From the NCBI GenBank assembly GCA_964016885.1, contig OZ024740.1, positions 274,722,001 through 274,786,000 on the forward strand: DNA of 64,000 nt, written 5' to 3'. Below the pieces are notes generated by a model. It searched no databases. It saw only the letters and a program-made list of their open reading frames with translations, and was not told the DNA's origin. Position 1 is the stretch's first letter, and the number at the start of each line of letters is the position of its first letter. A program made the position numbers and the translations under genes. Below, piece by piece: positions 39,397-54,912 of this stretch. The DNA is from Eledone cirrhosa (lineage: Eukaryota).

Positions 39397-39564
39397 CCGT
39401 ATTTCCCGGCGCCGAAGACACTTCATCCTCGAGGACGCACCCTAATTTTGACAACCAAAAATTTGAGAAAAAAATAATAAACAATCTTTGGCCTCCAGGA
39501 TGCATGGTGGATTTTTTTAGACTTATTTTAGGAAATGTAGCGTCTTCGACGCCGGGAAATACGG
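39397..39564. mobile_element. pogo/Tigger-like MITE
   Basis: TA|CCGTATTTCCCGGCGCCGAAGAC ... GTCTTCGACGCCGGGAAATACGG|TA. Confidence 0.85.
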
Positions 39565-41429
39565 TATGTAGGCCAGAGCAGGATAATATTATATATGGAA
39601 GCAGTAGAGTGGTGATAAATCTACAGGAAACAGAGTTTCCTAAACATGTTTTAATCCCGACTGAGCCATTAATATCTCACTTACTACTTGTCCCAATCAC
39701 CTTATGAATATAATACACAAAAATATATAATCAAAGCTAGAAAAGAAAGAAAAAAAATACATAAATTCGACACTAAGTGCGTCAATAGGTCACATACCAC
39801 AAGGGTCATGGAACTTTTTGAGGCAAGCCAACACGCTCGTAACATTACCGCAGGTGATGGCGAAGGCTAAGGCCTCAATAATTAATTGATTACATGTATG
39901 TAATTCTTATCCTTGCATCTGTAATCTCTAGTCGTAATCTATAATTCTGAGAGAGAAATGAGTCCGAGAGGGTTATGCTTATCTTCAACACGGTACACAA
40001 AGACATAGTTTTCAGAAGTAAATCAATGGCCCGTTAAAGGCTATGGAACGTGTAAATATAAGTGGCATTGAAAAGTTAAAGTGAACCTTATCAGCACCAC
40101 CAAATATGCTAATAAGCTTTGAAATCAGAACACTGAGATACCAAACTAGAGACAGACAAATATTTGAAGTCGAGTGCCCTATTGTCTCAATGATTTCTAC
40201 CATAAAATAACATAGAACATGAATAATGTAAACAAATCATGAAAGAATGGTAAATTACAGAAATGTCAATAAAACAGTGTCAGAATGAATGCTGGTGCAA
40301 TAAAATCCCTCTTATGAATGAACGAATGAATGAACAACTCGTTTAGTGATTGCAAATAATTTTCTCTTAAGATGAAACAGATTCTCTGGAAACTTTCCAA
40401 AATATATTATATCTTTAACGTATATTTCACCATTCTATTTTCTGCTAATTACTGAGAAAAAAACATTCACACATGAAGGGAATATACCAGCTATGAGAAG
40501 ATTTTTCTTGAATTATACAACGGTTTCTTATACAGGCATAAAGCCAAAAACAGGGGGCGTGGCCGGTTGAATTAACCTCAGTATATTACAGACTATTTAA
40601 AGACAAAAAATAGACTTTGGTTGTGAAATTTGAAACTAATACCCTCTTTAAGTAACACCTTATGAGACAACAAAAATGAGGGAGGAAAAGCAAGTTTGGC
40701 TCCTAATAAATTTTCTATTGTTTAGCCCTAGGTTAAACCTGATTGAGTAATCTATTTTATGGATATCCTTCTAGCAATGACTATCACACCGTTTTAGAAG
40801 TATGTGTAACTGCATTGTTCCCAAGACAGCTGGGTGAGATTTAAAGCACATTTGGCTACTATTTCTCATAAATCGATCAACCACATAGAGACTTTCTCGT
40901 CGGGTAAGAAGGGTAGATTTAACTGGAGCCTATGATTCAAATGTCATGATAAGAACATTTACGCTAAAGTTTGGGAGTTGCTTTGATCCCTCTAATTATT
41001 TATTTCCTTCCATTTATATATCTTATTAATTTAAAATTAAGTTCATTTTTGTAAATTTATTCTTTTCACATTATCAAATATACTATATATACGTTCGTAC
41101 ATACATCGCTATTTCGGAGCACCTAGACTGATTTCTAATTTTTGCTGACCGGCAACTGCTCTGTTTAATCAGCTCTTAAACATCACTGACATTCTATAAG
41201 GATCCAGTGTCTATAAATCTCGGCAGAAGCGAAGGGATTCATAATCTTGACAACCGCTAACGAGCGAGAAACAACCGTCGATTGCTTCCCTTTGATTTTG
41301 CCGATACCAAGTAGGTGGTGTAGTCACTACTTTAAAACTCATAGCGAATGGTCTTCAAAATGTTTTTAAATAAATATACAGAATATTATCAAATATACTA
41401 TACAATGTACATACATTCATTATTAATTA

Positions 41430-42790
41430 AGGGCGGTGGATTGGCAGTATCGGTAGAGGGTCGGACGTCATGCTTTCCAGCATAGTTACGTCCCTTTACG
41501 ATCTGAGTTCAAATCCCGCCGAGGTTGACTTTGCCTTTCATCCTTACGGGGTCGATAAAATAAAGTACCAGTAATGCACTGGGTAATTGCTGGCCTTGTG
41601 CCAAAAGTAGAAACAATTATTATTATTAATTTCATTATTATTATTATTAAGGGCGGTGAATTGGCAGTATTGGCAGAGAGTCGGACACCATGCTTTGTAG
41701 CATAGAGTTACGGCCCTTTATGATCTGAGTTCAAATCCCGCCGAGGTTGACTTTGCCTTTCATCCTTACGGGGTCGATAAAACAAAGTACCAGTAATGCA
41801 CTTGGATAATTACTGGCCTTGTGCCAAAAGTAGAAACAATTATTATTAATTTCACTACGAGGCAGGGTGGTGGATTGGCAGTATCGGTAGAGCAATGGAC
41901 AATCTGTTTTGCAGCATTCAATTACGGCCCTTTGCATTCTGAATTTAAATCCCACCGATGTTAGTTTTACCTCTCCTTCTTATGGAGTCAATTAAATAAA
42001 GTACCAGTAACGTGCTAGGGTAGATTTAATTGACTTTCCCCTCTTTCAAAGTTGTTGGCCTTGTAGAAAAATCAGAAATCATTATTATTCTGCCGAGGTT
42101 AACTTTGCCTTTCATCCTTACGGGGTCGATAAAATAAAGTACCAGTAATGTACTGGGTAATTGCTGGCCTTGTGTCTAAAGTAGAAAGAATTATTATTAC
42201 TATTCTTATTTTTATTATGAATCAGGGTAGTAGGGCGGTGGATTGGCAGTATCGGTAGAGGGTCGGACGTCATGTTTGGCAGCATAGAGTTACGGCTCTT
42301 TACGATCTGAGTTCAAATCCCTCTGAGGTTAACTTTGCCTTTCATCCTTACGGGGTCGATAAAATAAAGTACCAGTCACGCACTGGGGTCGATTTAAGCG
42401 ACTTTCCCCATCTCCAAAATTGCTGGCCTTGTGCCTATATAAGTAACCATTATGAGTCAGGGTAGTGGACTGGCTGTATCAGATCAGTAGAGCGTTGAAC
42501 AATAACATGCTCTGCGGCATACAGCTACGGTCATTTACGTTCTGAGTTTAAATCCTGCCGAGGTTAGATTTGCATTTCAGTTTTATGAGATCGATAAAAT
42601 AATTGTTTCTACTTTTGGCACAAGACCAGCAATAACCCAGTCCATTACTGGTACTTTATTTTATCGACCCAGTAAGGATGAAAGGCAAAGTTAACCTCGG
42701 CGGGATTTGAACTCAGAATGGCAAGGGCCGTAACTCTATGAGTCAAAGCATCGCGTCCGACCCTCTACCGATACTGCCAATCCATCGCCT
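41430..42790. mobile_element. Dense SINE cluster (about 7 copies, mostly +)
   Basis: Back-to-back copies joined at ATT tails. Confidence 0.9.
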
Positions 42791-43669
42791 ATATATTATA
42801 ATGGCTTTGCTCCACTTCTAGCTTTTATATAACTCTATTTGTACATCCTCACACGTCCTGTAAACCTTTTTTGTAACATTTTGTACGCATGAGTGGGTCC
42901 TGGTGGCAAATAATTGAAACACTTATTATTAGTGTGTTAAGGGCATCGATGACATAATTGCAAAAGAGAAGCACAAAAGATATTGCTGTATTTAATTACA
43001 TTTGTGGCATTCTGCCAAAGTTAGATATTCCGTCCGTAGCGTTATGCCAATGTTAGACATCATTACTAGTATGACTGTGAGTTACAGACTAAATATATAA
43101 GAACAATGAATGGCTGAATCAGTAAAGAACTGGAAGAAAGAACTCCTGACGTCCGTGACGTCATGAGTTTAACACTCTTTGCGGCTTAATTTAGTTTTGT
43201 GCTGAATCTAGAATTAAATACAATGTTCAAATCCTATGAAGATCAACTATCTTTCATGTTTCCGAGACAAAAATCGATACTAAAAGTAGCAATCGGTACT
43301 TTTTCTTTCGTGATAAGCCCTCAATATGTATGGACTTGTAACTCCTGATAGAGTCGTAGGGTGCGTCATAGTGACATACAGCGTGTCTTAGACATTATTT
43401 TTTAATGCCTGGCGGAGCCTATCTCTTCTCCATAGCCGATTTATTCAAGAGAAGAAGTGAGAGAGTGTGATATAGAGAATGAAACTACCCCAGTACCCGA
43501 CTGGTACTTTTTTAATCCACTATGAAAAGATGAAAAGCAAAGTTGACGTCGGCAAGTTTTGAACCCAGAACGCAAAGAGCCGAATAGAATAATGCAAATC
43601 ATTCTACCCGGTCATGTAACGACTCTGTTAATTCGCAGCCTACATGCACTCATTAATGTTTTCAAATAC

Positions 43670-44838
43670 AAGGGTGGTGGATTGACAGTATCGGTAAAGG
43701 GTCGGGCGACACGCTTTCCAGCATAGAGTTATGTCCCTTTACCCTCTGAGTTCAAATCCTGCTGAGGTTAACTTTACCTTTCATCCTTACGGGGACAATA
43801 AAATAAAGTACCAGTCACGCACTGGGGTCGATTTAATCGACATTCCCCTCCCCAAAATTGATGGCCTTGTGACTATATAAGAAACCATTATTTTAAGGGC
43901 AGTGGATTGGCAATATCAGTAGAGGGTCAGACGTCATGCTTTAAGCATAGAGTTACGGCCCTTTATGATTTAAGTTCAAATCCCGCTAAGGTTAACTTTG
44001 CTTTTCCTCCTTACGGGATCGATAAAATAAAGTATCAGTTTCGCACTGGAGTCGATTTAATCGACTTTCCCCTCCCCCAAAATTGCTGGCCTTGTGCCTA
44101 TATAAGAAACCGTTAATGTTTTGAAATACAATATGAGGTCATAGATAAGGGTAAAAAGAGCATTACCGTCCTTTGGTAAATTTCAAGAAAAGTCAGATGT
44201 GAGTAGCGAACATGGTGGAGCTAAATAGAGCCACATTAATTACATGGCTATAGGCTGACGATAAGAATCTGGTGTTGTGTCTCAGGTCCCTCAAATCACT
44301 CTATGTGATTTCTCTTCTACTTTGCTTTTCTTCCTTACGGGGCCGATAAAATAAAGTACCAGTAACGGACTAGGGTCGATATGATCGACTTTCCCCTCCC
44401 TTAAAATTGTTGGCCTTGTGCCTAAATCAGAAACCATTATTGTTAGTGGATTGGCAGTATCGGTATAGCGTCAAACACCATTCTTTGCAGCATGGAGTTA
44501 TGGCCCTTTACGTTTTAAGTTCAAATGCCGTCGAGGTTAATTTTGCCTTTCATCCTTACGGGGGTCGATAAAATAAAGTACCAGTAATGCACTGGAGTAA
44601 TTGCTGGCCTTGTGCCAGAAGTAGAAACAATTATTATTATTATTGGGGGATTGGCAGTATCGGTTAAGGGTCGGACGCCATGCTTTGAAGCATAGAGTTA
44701 CCTCCCTTTATGATCTGAGTTCAAATCCCGCCGAGGTTAACTTTGCCTTTCATCCTTACGGGGTCGATAAAATAAAGTACCAGTAATGTACTGGGTAATT
44801 GCTGGCCTTGTACCAAAAGTAGAAACAATTATTATTAC
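43670..44838 (+). mobile_element. SINE cluster (about 5 copies)
   Basis: Family match. Confidence 0.9.
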
Positions 44839-46811
44839 TATTACAAAAAACCCACACTTTACCGTCCTGTGGTGTCTTTAATGTTTTGTTAATGTGAGCC
44901 CAGTGTGGCTAATGAAGAAATAACCATCATCATGTTTAATATATCCTGGAAAGTGCGACAGAAGAATGTCAGAAGGCTGACAAAACTCACAGCCAGCCCG
45001 ATATCATCTGAGAATCATGCAGAGAATTTAACAGCTGTTGTTTAATCTCGATCTTTTTATCTCATCTTTTAAGGTTTTTTGTTTTGTTTTGTTTATTTTG
45101 CTTGCTTTACATAGCTTTCATGACTTCATTTCATTGTGATTTTATGTTTTTTTACAAATATAGTTGTTTTTTTAACTTTATTTTAAATGTTTGTTTTATT
45201 CTTTCTTTCTTTTATTTTTTTCAGTTGTTTTTTGGCTTGTTTTGCTTGCTTATATTTACTTTTTTAACTTTTAACCCATATTTGGTACCTTGATAGTTGT
45301 TTAAGCATGTCATTTACACTTTTATTGGTTGTATGAGAAGATTCAGAGAGATTTGTACAAGGACCTGTACTGACCTTTATGGTCACTCACCAGATGCCAT
45401 CAATTGGAGTGGTTTTACTCCCACCCTAACCCTCACCCTCCACCATCTTCACTTTAACAAGTCTTGAAATAATAGAGGAGGAGAAGAAGGGAGAAAAAGT
45501 ATGTGTAGTGAAATCATTTATGACATGTAAATTCTACATGATGTCTGCTGTAAAAATGATATAAAAAAGAAAAGAGTAAAATCTAAAATTGTTTTGATCA
45601 CCAAGTGTAGTCACTAGAATGTGCTTTAAAAGATGTTGTTAATGGTAGTTATGGTTGTAGTAGTTTTATCATACTGTAAAGCAATGGTCTGTGTGTGTGC
45701 TCCTATCAGTTTTACATAGAGGAAAGAGCCAACAAAGAAGTCCGAACATGGTTGTGGTCAAATTACTTGCAGGAAATATCATCCATATTTCACTCAAACC
45801 ATATTCTTAAACTTTTTGTGTCCATATTTCTAATGAAAAACAATTTATTTCAATTAATATGTAGCAAGATGGTGTATAATAAATCAGAAGGCGTTTTGAT
45901 TGTAAAAAAACATAGGAATTTATGAAGTCAAGTGACAAGCATCACTAATGCAGAATATGTGACAAAGCTGTATGTGAGTATGTCAGTGGGAAATAATGTT
46001 CAAGTCTATGAGTGTTACAAATATTAACTTTCAGTTACTCACATTGAAGAAGTAAAGTCCTTGCTTCGTATATAAGAATAATGTCCTGAGTTGTTGATGG
46101 CAATAGGAGAAGGAGCACTGGACAGGTCTTGGCAGGCTGAAATAGCTAGCAGCAACTAAACTGTTCGGTTTAAGTATTCACGCCCATCAAACTTGGGCGG
46201 AAGTGATGTCACCGAGCCTTTGCGCATGTATTTACAACAAATTAATAAAGAATTTTGAAGAATTACTAAGAATGTAATATAATATATGATATATATATAT
46301 ATATATACATGACTGACCACCTCTCCCCAATTCCTTGGTCCATGGAGAAATTATCTTGTATGACACTGGTCTGTGGCGCAGAATAGTTGGCAACTGCTGC
46401 AATACCACATTGAGAGTTAAGAAACACATTTGTGGTCAATTCCCTGACTCAGTCTAGTATCTGTAAATAAGCACCATGGATAAGGTCCTGATATAGGCTT
46501 GAGAAGTATTGTAAAATTGATGAGTAATTTGTCACATTTTGGGTGGGATGTGTTAAATCACTCCAACTGTTTTAGCTTGGTGAAAGGATGTAAGGCATCT
46601 ACCAAGCTTGCTAACTATAGATATGCTGCAAACATAATTCAATGGATTATGGAAGTTACCCTCACCAAGTCTGTTTGTGCATGTTTGTATGCGCATGCTT
46701 CTTTTATCAATATTAACACCCCCAACTTAATTGCTATAAAGATTTCTAGAACCTCAGGGTGTTTTGGTGAATCAACATTTCTCAAAGAAATGAAATATAC
46801 TTAACTTACAA

Positions 46812-47013
46812 TATGAGGATTGGCTGAAAACTTTATAAGCTGTTGAGGAAGGAGGGATGCTAGTGCTGTAAAACCTTGCATGCATAAATTTCAACTCTTC
46901 TCATTAATAACTACATTGTTTCTTTCCAGGGACTATGTTGAAAAATAAACCTCATTTTGTCATTCGATGAAAGTAATTTGATCAGCCTATGAACTTTTCA
47001 GCCAACCATCATA
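46812..47013. mobile_element. mariner-like MITE
   Basis: TATGAGGATTGGCTGAAAA ... TTTTCAGCCAACCATCATA. Confidence 0.7.
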
Positions 47014-48419
47014 TATAAAGATGAAATTTTCAAAGGTAACCCAATCACATTGGGAATTATAAGGCTTAATTCTTATCCTGTATTAGTAGGAAATTTAGAT
47101 TATGATATGAAGAGTTCTTAATAAGCTAATTTGGAGCAGACCTATATCCATCAGAAAGACTTGATCAAATACTTCAGTAGAAATCATACTCCAAAATGTA
47201 CTGATAGAAAATTATCTCACGTGTAAAATAAATTTTAGTTAAACGTCAATGTTTGATTAGTGGAACAGTAATCCAATTCCTACTATTATTGTGTGAAATA
47301 TGTAACCACAAGACTGAAAAATATAAACAAGAAATTCACATTTTATTGTGTGAAATATATGGTTATAAGATTGGGAATTCCAGACACCTGATTCTCATTA
47401 TATTGAGGAAAAAATGTGACCATAAGCTACAGAATTCCAAGTAAGTGACTGGATTCCAGGTAGAGTCATTATTTCTAAACTAAAGGTAATGTCAATTTTA
47501 TCTGGATGCTCAGTGTTGCAATGCCCATGGTTATAGTAGTAAAGGTTTCTAGTTCCCGTCAATTCTGCTACTGTGTATATATCCAAGAGTAAAACACACA
47601 ATCAATGGAAACGTGGTGTAAGTGTAATCAATATTCAAAAACTTCATCTCTAAAGATGAGGTTAATAATTTGAAAAACTATAAGCTTATTAACAACCACA
47701 CATCTTCGATATTCAGACATTTTTCTGTCAGCCATTTTATATACTTACATAAATTTTAAGATAAAGTGTTCTTCTAAACATTATTAACATACTAATATCA
47801 CTTCTATTTCATCAGTGTTTAAGATGTGTTGATTGATTGCTGTATGTGGAATTTATAAAGATTTATTTAACTAAAAGTAAAAGAAAAAAAACTTAAAATT
47901 TAAATGACAAACATTCATCATATTTACTGTAAATTTATGAAATTAATTATCACAGATTGAACAGTAATTCATATCTTAATGATGTTGAAAAAAATCTGAA
48001 TTGTCATTAGAAGAATTTTGAATAAATCTGAAAGGGACGTTTTAAAATAAGTTAATGAAAATATTCTTTATATATTGAAAATATTGTGAAGAAATGATTT
48101 ATTTGTGCAATGATAGAAAGCAGTCTTTTTGACATGTTTTCTCTTTAGTCAATATTTTATCAAATCAAAATACAGTAAATTAAGAGAATGCTTGAAAATT
48201 GGCTTTTGCTTTAACTCGTTTAATTTAAAAGGATAAATTATTATTAAATAGACATAGTTTCAAACATGTGAATTGTGATGGGTAAATTTCAAATGTTAGT
48301 TTTAGATTAGTTTTTACTAGATATTTTAAGATATCTTTTTCATTTCAGACAGATGACTTAAATGTGTCAACCTTAGAGATGCAAAAAACAACAATTTGTC
48401 AGCATATTTTGCTACACTG

Positions 48420-48670
48420 GGGTTTTTTCGATTTGGTTTTCATGTCAACCCTTACCTATGGTCATGAATCTTGGATAATGACCGAAAGAATTCGATCACG
48501 AATACAAGTGGCTGAAATAGGATTCCTCCAAACAGTTTTTGGAGTAATGTTACTCAATAGAGTGCATAACTCGGAGATCAGAGAGTTACTTCAGGTAGAG
48601 CCTCTATTTTCCTGAATTGAAAGATAACAGCTCCGATACTATGGATATATGGTTAGAATGTCCCCTATTA
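48420..48670 (+). pseudogene. RTE-clade LINE fragment (related piece at about 50578-50760)
   Basis: TLTYGHESWIMTERIRSRIQVAEIGFL..NRVHNSEIRELLQVEPL..QLRYYGYMVRM. Confidence 0.8.
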
Positions 48671-48959
48671 GAGTGTGTATTGGGTGCATTTATTGAATAG
48701 ACAACCAACACTAGGGAGGCCTGCTAGTAGGTTAGTCAACTGTCATATTAGCATATGGTTGTGATAAGTAACACTAAAGCAATGTTTAATAGCAATTTCT
48801 TTTGAAATTCATTGGCTAATATAAAGAAAAGATTCCTCATTTCCTATGATTTGTTCAAAGAGTTGATTGACACACAAGTAGTAGTTGTATGCTGATGATT
48901 TTAGTAATTAGTTTATACAATAGTTAATCCGGAAAAAAAAAACACTGTCCTTGCTTTAA

Positions 48960-49179
48960 CCCTTTAGTATTTACATTACTCTATATATACTATTGTATTT
49001 TTGTGGTAAAGGCTTTATCTCACATAGTGTCTTACATAATATCGAATCTATGGGATTTTGATGTTATTTATTTTAAGAACAATACCTTAACATCAGTGTG
49101 AGTGGCCAGTTACGGCCAGTTTGAACAGCAAGTGGTGACAGAATTCTGACTGGTTACAGCTAGTTTAAATGCTAAAGTG
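48960..49179. mobile_element. piggyBac-like MITE
   Basis: TTAA|CCCTTTAGTATTT ... AAATGCTAAAGTG|TTAG. Confidence 0.75.
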
Positions 49180-51440
49180 TTAGAATATATTTGTCCATAA
49201 TTTGAATTGTTAAAGCTTCTTCAGAATGGGAGTAAGTGAAGTTTGTTTAGAAGTATCGTCTAGCTTAATAATCAAATATATTGGTTGGTGTTAGGAAGGG
49301 TATACAGCCATAGAAATCTAGCCAGAAACAGTCCTATATGAGCAAGGCACTGTCACCTAACCCAACTTGCCTCTAATAGGACAACCCATCTAACCCATGC
49401 TAGTGTGGAAAATGGATGTTAAACGATGATGATGATGCTGATTATTTAAGGGTTAATGAGTGATGTGAAATAGAAACTAAAGCACACAAGAGAAAATATT
49501 TAGATATTTGATGATATATATATATTTTCCCTCAATAATCTACTGAGTATGATGAACAGAAATACAATCTTTATGTAATATTATTTCTACCCACTAAACT
49601 ACTGTTAGTGCCAAATAAGGGAAGACGTTCTGGTAATTGACTTGTCAGTGATATATAGCAATTTGTCAAACTATGAATATGTACTCTGGTGAGATATATC
49701 TTGCTAATGTAAGATATAGGGCAATTGTAATTGAGGCATATTTTATTACCGTGCAGTAATGAAAATGTAAGTCCTAATAGACATCTGAGATCCAGTGATT
49801 AACTCTAGATACCTGACATGAAATGAGGGAAAGATAACTCTCCCCTTGAATAAGGATTCTAGTTTATTGCAGGTAAAACTTCCTGAGCATCTAACAGCTA
49901 TTCCCAAAGGTCACATGAGCTAAGGTATGTAAAATCGTTCGTTATTCCCAGGAATATTTTAAAGAACATTCGTAGAGAATTTTAACCCATAAACTCATAA
50001 CTTATTCACTAATTTCCTTAAATTAGCTTTCCGGGATGAGTTTACTGAAACATGAGCATTATCAAATAGAAACTTTTGAGGTGTGGGTATATAGGAGTCT
50101 GTAGGGGGATATGATGGACAGAATACAAAACTAATGATGAGGTGCTAAAAATAGTAAATACTAAAATGAATATCATGTTAAACACCATACAGTTAAACCT
50201 TGATGCCATGTATCACATGAAACCACATTAGTAGGACATTCTTGAAAAGTATAACAAAAAAGCTGTGATTGCATCACATTAAAAATTGAAGGCTTTATGC
50301 TAATATTGAAAATGTTCATAATCTGTTCATTAGTAAAGGTGTTATGAACATTTTAATTTACAAATCCATTTTCAGATATGTTCCACTAAATCTTTATAGG
50401 ATGTTAAGAGTTAATTAGAACACAATTGCTCACAGAGACTATCAACAGAAGCAAAATGAATGGAAAAAGAGGAAGGTGAAAATCTATAATTACATGCATA
50501 GATAATATGAAGAATACAGCGCATGTCTAAGAACAGCACACAAAAACATAGTGAGAGATCACAGCTCCAATATTACAACCATGTGGTTAGAATGTCTCGG
50601 AAAAGAATCACGGGACAGATTTTATGGGCAAAAACTAATTGGCAGAGGACTCAGGGGTAGACCCTGAGTAAGATGGTTGGATTTACATCCATGAGCTCAG
50701 CTGGTCTTCCTTGGGTATCCAGCCAGATCAATTGGAGGTGGTTGCTTCTGACAGGACCTGCTGGAAATGAGGAGGAGGAGGAGGAGGAGGAGAAGAAAAA
50801 GAAGAAGAAGAAGAAGAAGAAGAAGAAGAAGAAGAAGAAGAAGAAGATTGTGATCTATGGTATTCAGCTTGCTGAAAGCAAATGACACAGGCATGAGCAG
50901 AACAAAACTCAGTGTATACTTCTTGTATGATATCTGCAGGGAAATAATATTCTACAACTGAATAATGTTATAAATGTTGAAGTTATCTCAAGCATACCAC
51001 AATATCTTCAAAGTTGATGTGGTGGATATGACAAAAGAAGGGGGGGGGGGAAGAAAGGAAGAAAATCATAAATGTTTCCAAACAGATTTTAAATTGTAAG
51101 TTTTGTGAGACAATATTTTCTATGGAAAGTTGCCAAACTTAACTATATTGAATAATGAGAAGTGAGTGCCAACTTTCTTGACCTCACATAAAGAAGATTT
51201 AAATTATTTCTCTGTTATCTAAAACTTATAAACAGTCAACCATGAAATTTTAAATTTCTAGTAACTGAAAATTAAGTTAAAATCACTGATTATTTGTTGA
51301 TGTTTTGTTTATATTTGTTCGGTGTAGGCCCAAGGCCAACTTGAATTTAAAACAAAACAGAAACAAACAAGTAGATATTGAAGGCTTCATTGATTCGTGT
51401 ATAATGCATTATTATTAACATCATTATTATTATTATTATT

Positions 51441-52297
51441 AGGGCGGTGAATTGGCAGTATCGGTAGAGGGTTGGACGCCATGCTTTGATGCATGGAGTT
51501 ACGCCCCTTGCCATTCTTAGTTCAAATCCTGCCTCGGTTAACTTTGCCTTTCATCCTTACGAGGGTCGATAAAATAAAGTACCAGTAATGCACTGGGTAA
51601 TTGCTGGCCTTGTGCCAAAAGTAGAAACAATTATTATTATCATTATTATTACTATTAGGGCAGTGGATTGGCAGTATCAGTGGAGAGTCAGACACCATGA
51701 TTAGCAGCATAGAGTTACAGTCCTTTATGGTCTGAGTTCAAATCCGGCTGAGGTTAACTTTGCCTTTCATCCTTACGGGGTCAATAAAATAAAGCACCAG
51801 TAACATACTGGGGTCAAGTTAATCGTCTTTCCCCTCCCTCCAAAATTACTGGTCCTGTGCCTATACTAGAAATCATTATTATTGGATTTGCAGTATAGGT
51901 AGAGGGTCGGACGCCATGCTTTGACACATAGAGTTACGGCCCTTGCCATTCTGAGTTCAAATCCCGCCGAGGTTAACTTTGCCTTACACACTTATGGGGT
52001 CGATAAAATAAAGTACCAGTAATACACTGGGTAATTGCTGGCCTTGTGCCAAAAGTAGAAACAATTATCATTATTTGATAGGCAGATTTGCAGTATCAGT
52101 AGAGCAATGGACAAAATGCTTTGTGGCATGGAGTTATATCCTTTACGTTCTGAGATCAAATCCCGCAGTGGTTAGCTATGCCTTTCATCTTTATGGGTTC
52201 GATAAAATAAAGTACCAGTCACGCACTGGGGTCGATTCTATCGAGTTTACCTTCTTCCCAAATTGCTGGCCTTATGCTTATAGTTGAAATCATTATA
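51441..52297 (+). mobile_element. SINE cluster (4 copies)
   Basis: Family match. Confidence 0.9.
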
Positions 52298-54912
52298 TCA
52301 GTCTATCTATGAGTAAAAGTTGCTAACTTCTCACTTAACACTTTTTCCCCTACCCCCATTTCTGGAGAAAGAGATTTTGTTAGTGATCCTCCACAATTCT
52401 TCTTATAGCACCACATAGCCAATTCCTGGAGTGAGAGAGAGGAGTAATGGAAATAGGTTTAGAAACTAAGCTTATTTTATCGGTTATGAGGTTGAGATTT
52501 GGAAGGAGGAGGTGTAGATGCTAATATAAGTCTGGGCAAGGTTGTTTGTAGAAGACTAGAGGCTGCTCATGCATACCAGTCTCCCTTCTCCATGCCCCTG
52601 ATGTTGTCCAATGGAAAAGGTAATGTCCAATACAGCTTGACACCAGCAACTTCACAACTCATTTCTACAGTTGAGTGAACTGGAACAACATGAAATAAAG
52701 GGTCTTGCTCAAGGACACAATGCATCACCCAGTCTAGAAATCATGATTAGAAGTTAGGCTGCAGATATAATCTAGAGTCTAGCTAAATCACAAAAGGAAG
52801 AGGAGGGAGGAAGAAGAATTTGTTTTGTCAGTAGTTTCTGTAGTAGGTAGTTCAATTTTTTTATTAGGGATACATTATAGACTCACAGAATCAGTAATCA
52901 AAATACTTGACCTGATGACTGATAAATCAACATCACAAGTCAATGTAATAGTTATTAATTTCACAACACCTCTGCTAGAAACATTGTTCCATTATACCGT
53001 CTGTTTAGAGGCTGTATAGTCTGATTAGAGCCTGGTTGTTAATTCTAGCAACCACATTTCTACTTATAACTTACTATTATCTTAAACAAGGAAGAAAACA
53101 TTGAACAATCTAGTTCTAAGTTTACAAAAGTAAATGGGATCGTCATCACTGGAATACCTTTGATCACACCTGACTTGAGGGCAAAACAACACATGAAGCA
53201 TGCTTTAGTCTGCAAAGATTGCTGAACATGCAACAAATCACAATGTAAATTGAAGGTATGGTTTTGACTAAAATATTTTGTTCCTAGGCCTGCTCAAATA
53301 AAGTTTACCAGAGATTAAATATCAAGAGCTTAGAGCTGAGACAATCTAACATTCAAGAAATAGCAACAAAATCTACATCAAATAAGACTCTAATGTATTT
53401 CAAAATGCTAATGATATGATGAGAGGGAATTTGATTGATATTTCTAGGAAGTCAAGTCACTACAGATAGACATATTTGTTGTCAAGCTCTAAGTAGATGC
53501 TGCAGGTGGCCATAGCTGAAAAAGACAGGAAGGTTATGGCTGGAGTGCCTTTGATTATAGGTTTGCTTGACCAGAGTTGACCTGCGGCTAAACAACAATA
53601 TAACTGAGTGGAGTTAGCCAGGACATATTACCAGTGTTGAAATACAAACTGCCAACCACTTGACTAGTTCTCCACTACCCTATACCCTATTGATCAAGCC
53701 ACCTGCACTGTCAAATTGCAGAACAATACAACTAAATACAGAATAATGCATTTAGTGAACCCAGGAAGAAATAACAGTTCAAATGTTATTGAACTTAATA
53801 TAAGGCTGAAACTAAATATTTCAAAGCATTTAGTCTGTTTCTCTCGCCTGTTTCAACCACCTCCCAGCTTTACCTCACCCCTTACTCTCATTGAGCCAAA
53901 ACATTAATTCAAACAATATAAATATGCCCACAGCAAACATTTCCCCTTTGACAGATACCATTTCATGGCGCCAATAGGATATTATCCATACATCTGATAT
54001 TATCACCTTAACAACTTGCCTGAAGCTACTGGAGGAAATCCAAGAAACATTAACTTGGATTTTGCTCGTCACAGGAAACTTGTTTCTGTCGCTTTTCAGA
54101 ATTTCTAATAAGAATTGGTGCTTTCATTTTCATATATAATATTCTACCTTCCTTTTTTCTTTCTTTTTTTTTTTGTCAAACATCTTGCCGTGCTTTTACC
54201 AATATTCCACTGAATTACAGCTGAAAATGGAGATCGCTAAATTAATAGGATATTGCACAGCAAACTAAAAATTTGGCGATTTCTACTATGCTGCTATAAG
54301 TTAGTTACTTAGCAAAGTTGCCAAAATATTGTATAAAGTTCTTTGTAGCATTTCGCTCGGCTCGTTATGCTCCGAGTTCAAATCCCGCAGAGGTTTACTT
54401 TGCCTCACATTCTTCCGAGGTCGATATATCAATATAAATTATGGGTCAAGTATTAGGGAAGATTGTTCTCTCTCTGTGAAAGAGGGAAATGAATCTAAGT
54501 TTAAAGATGAAGACAGGACGTATACGAGAAGAGTATCGCAGTGAATGAAAGTTCTACAAAGTGACATGTGAGTACTGAGCCAAACATAGTTTAAAAAGCA
54601 ACATCAGTAAAACATTTATATTAACATATTCTGTGATTGGACATTTTAAAGATTTTACAAAACTCGTTTAGAATTGTTAGGATGATCCACAAGTGAGAAT
54701 CGAAATCATTACCTTCGAATTATCAAGGTAAACCAAATGATTGCTTTTCTACAAATGTACAATAATCCACCCAAGGAAAAGACAGATGTGTGAATATTCG
54801 GCATTCAAAAACGGATTGGTCAAAACTAGGACAACAAGTATCACTAATTGGGTGAATCTACTATTATCCATTCAGTGTATGACATGCATGCGCGTTCCAG
54901 AACGTTCTAAAG

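Noticed and set aside
41430-44838. CRISPR-like repeat array
   Set aside because: Repeats are about 190-220-bp SINEs without regular spacers, there are no cas genes, and the context is eukaryotic.
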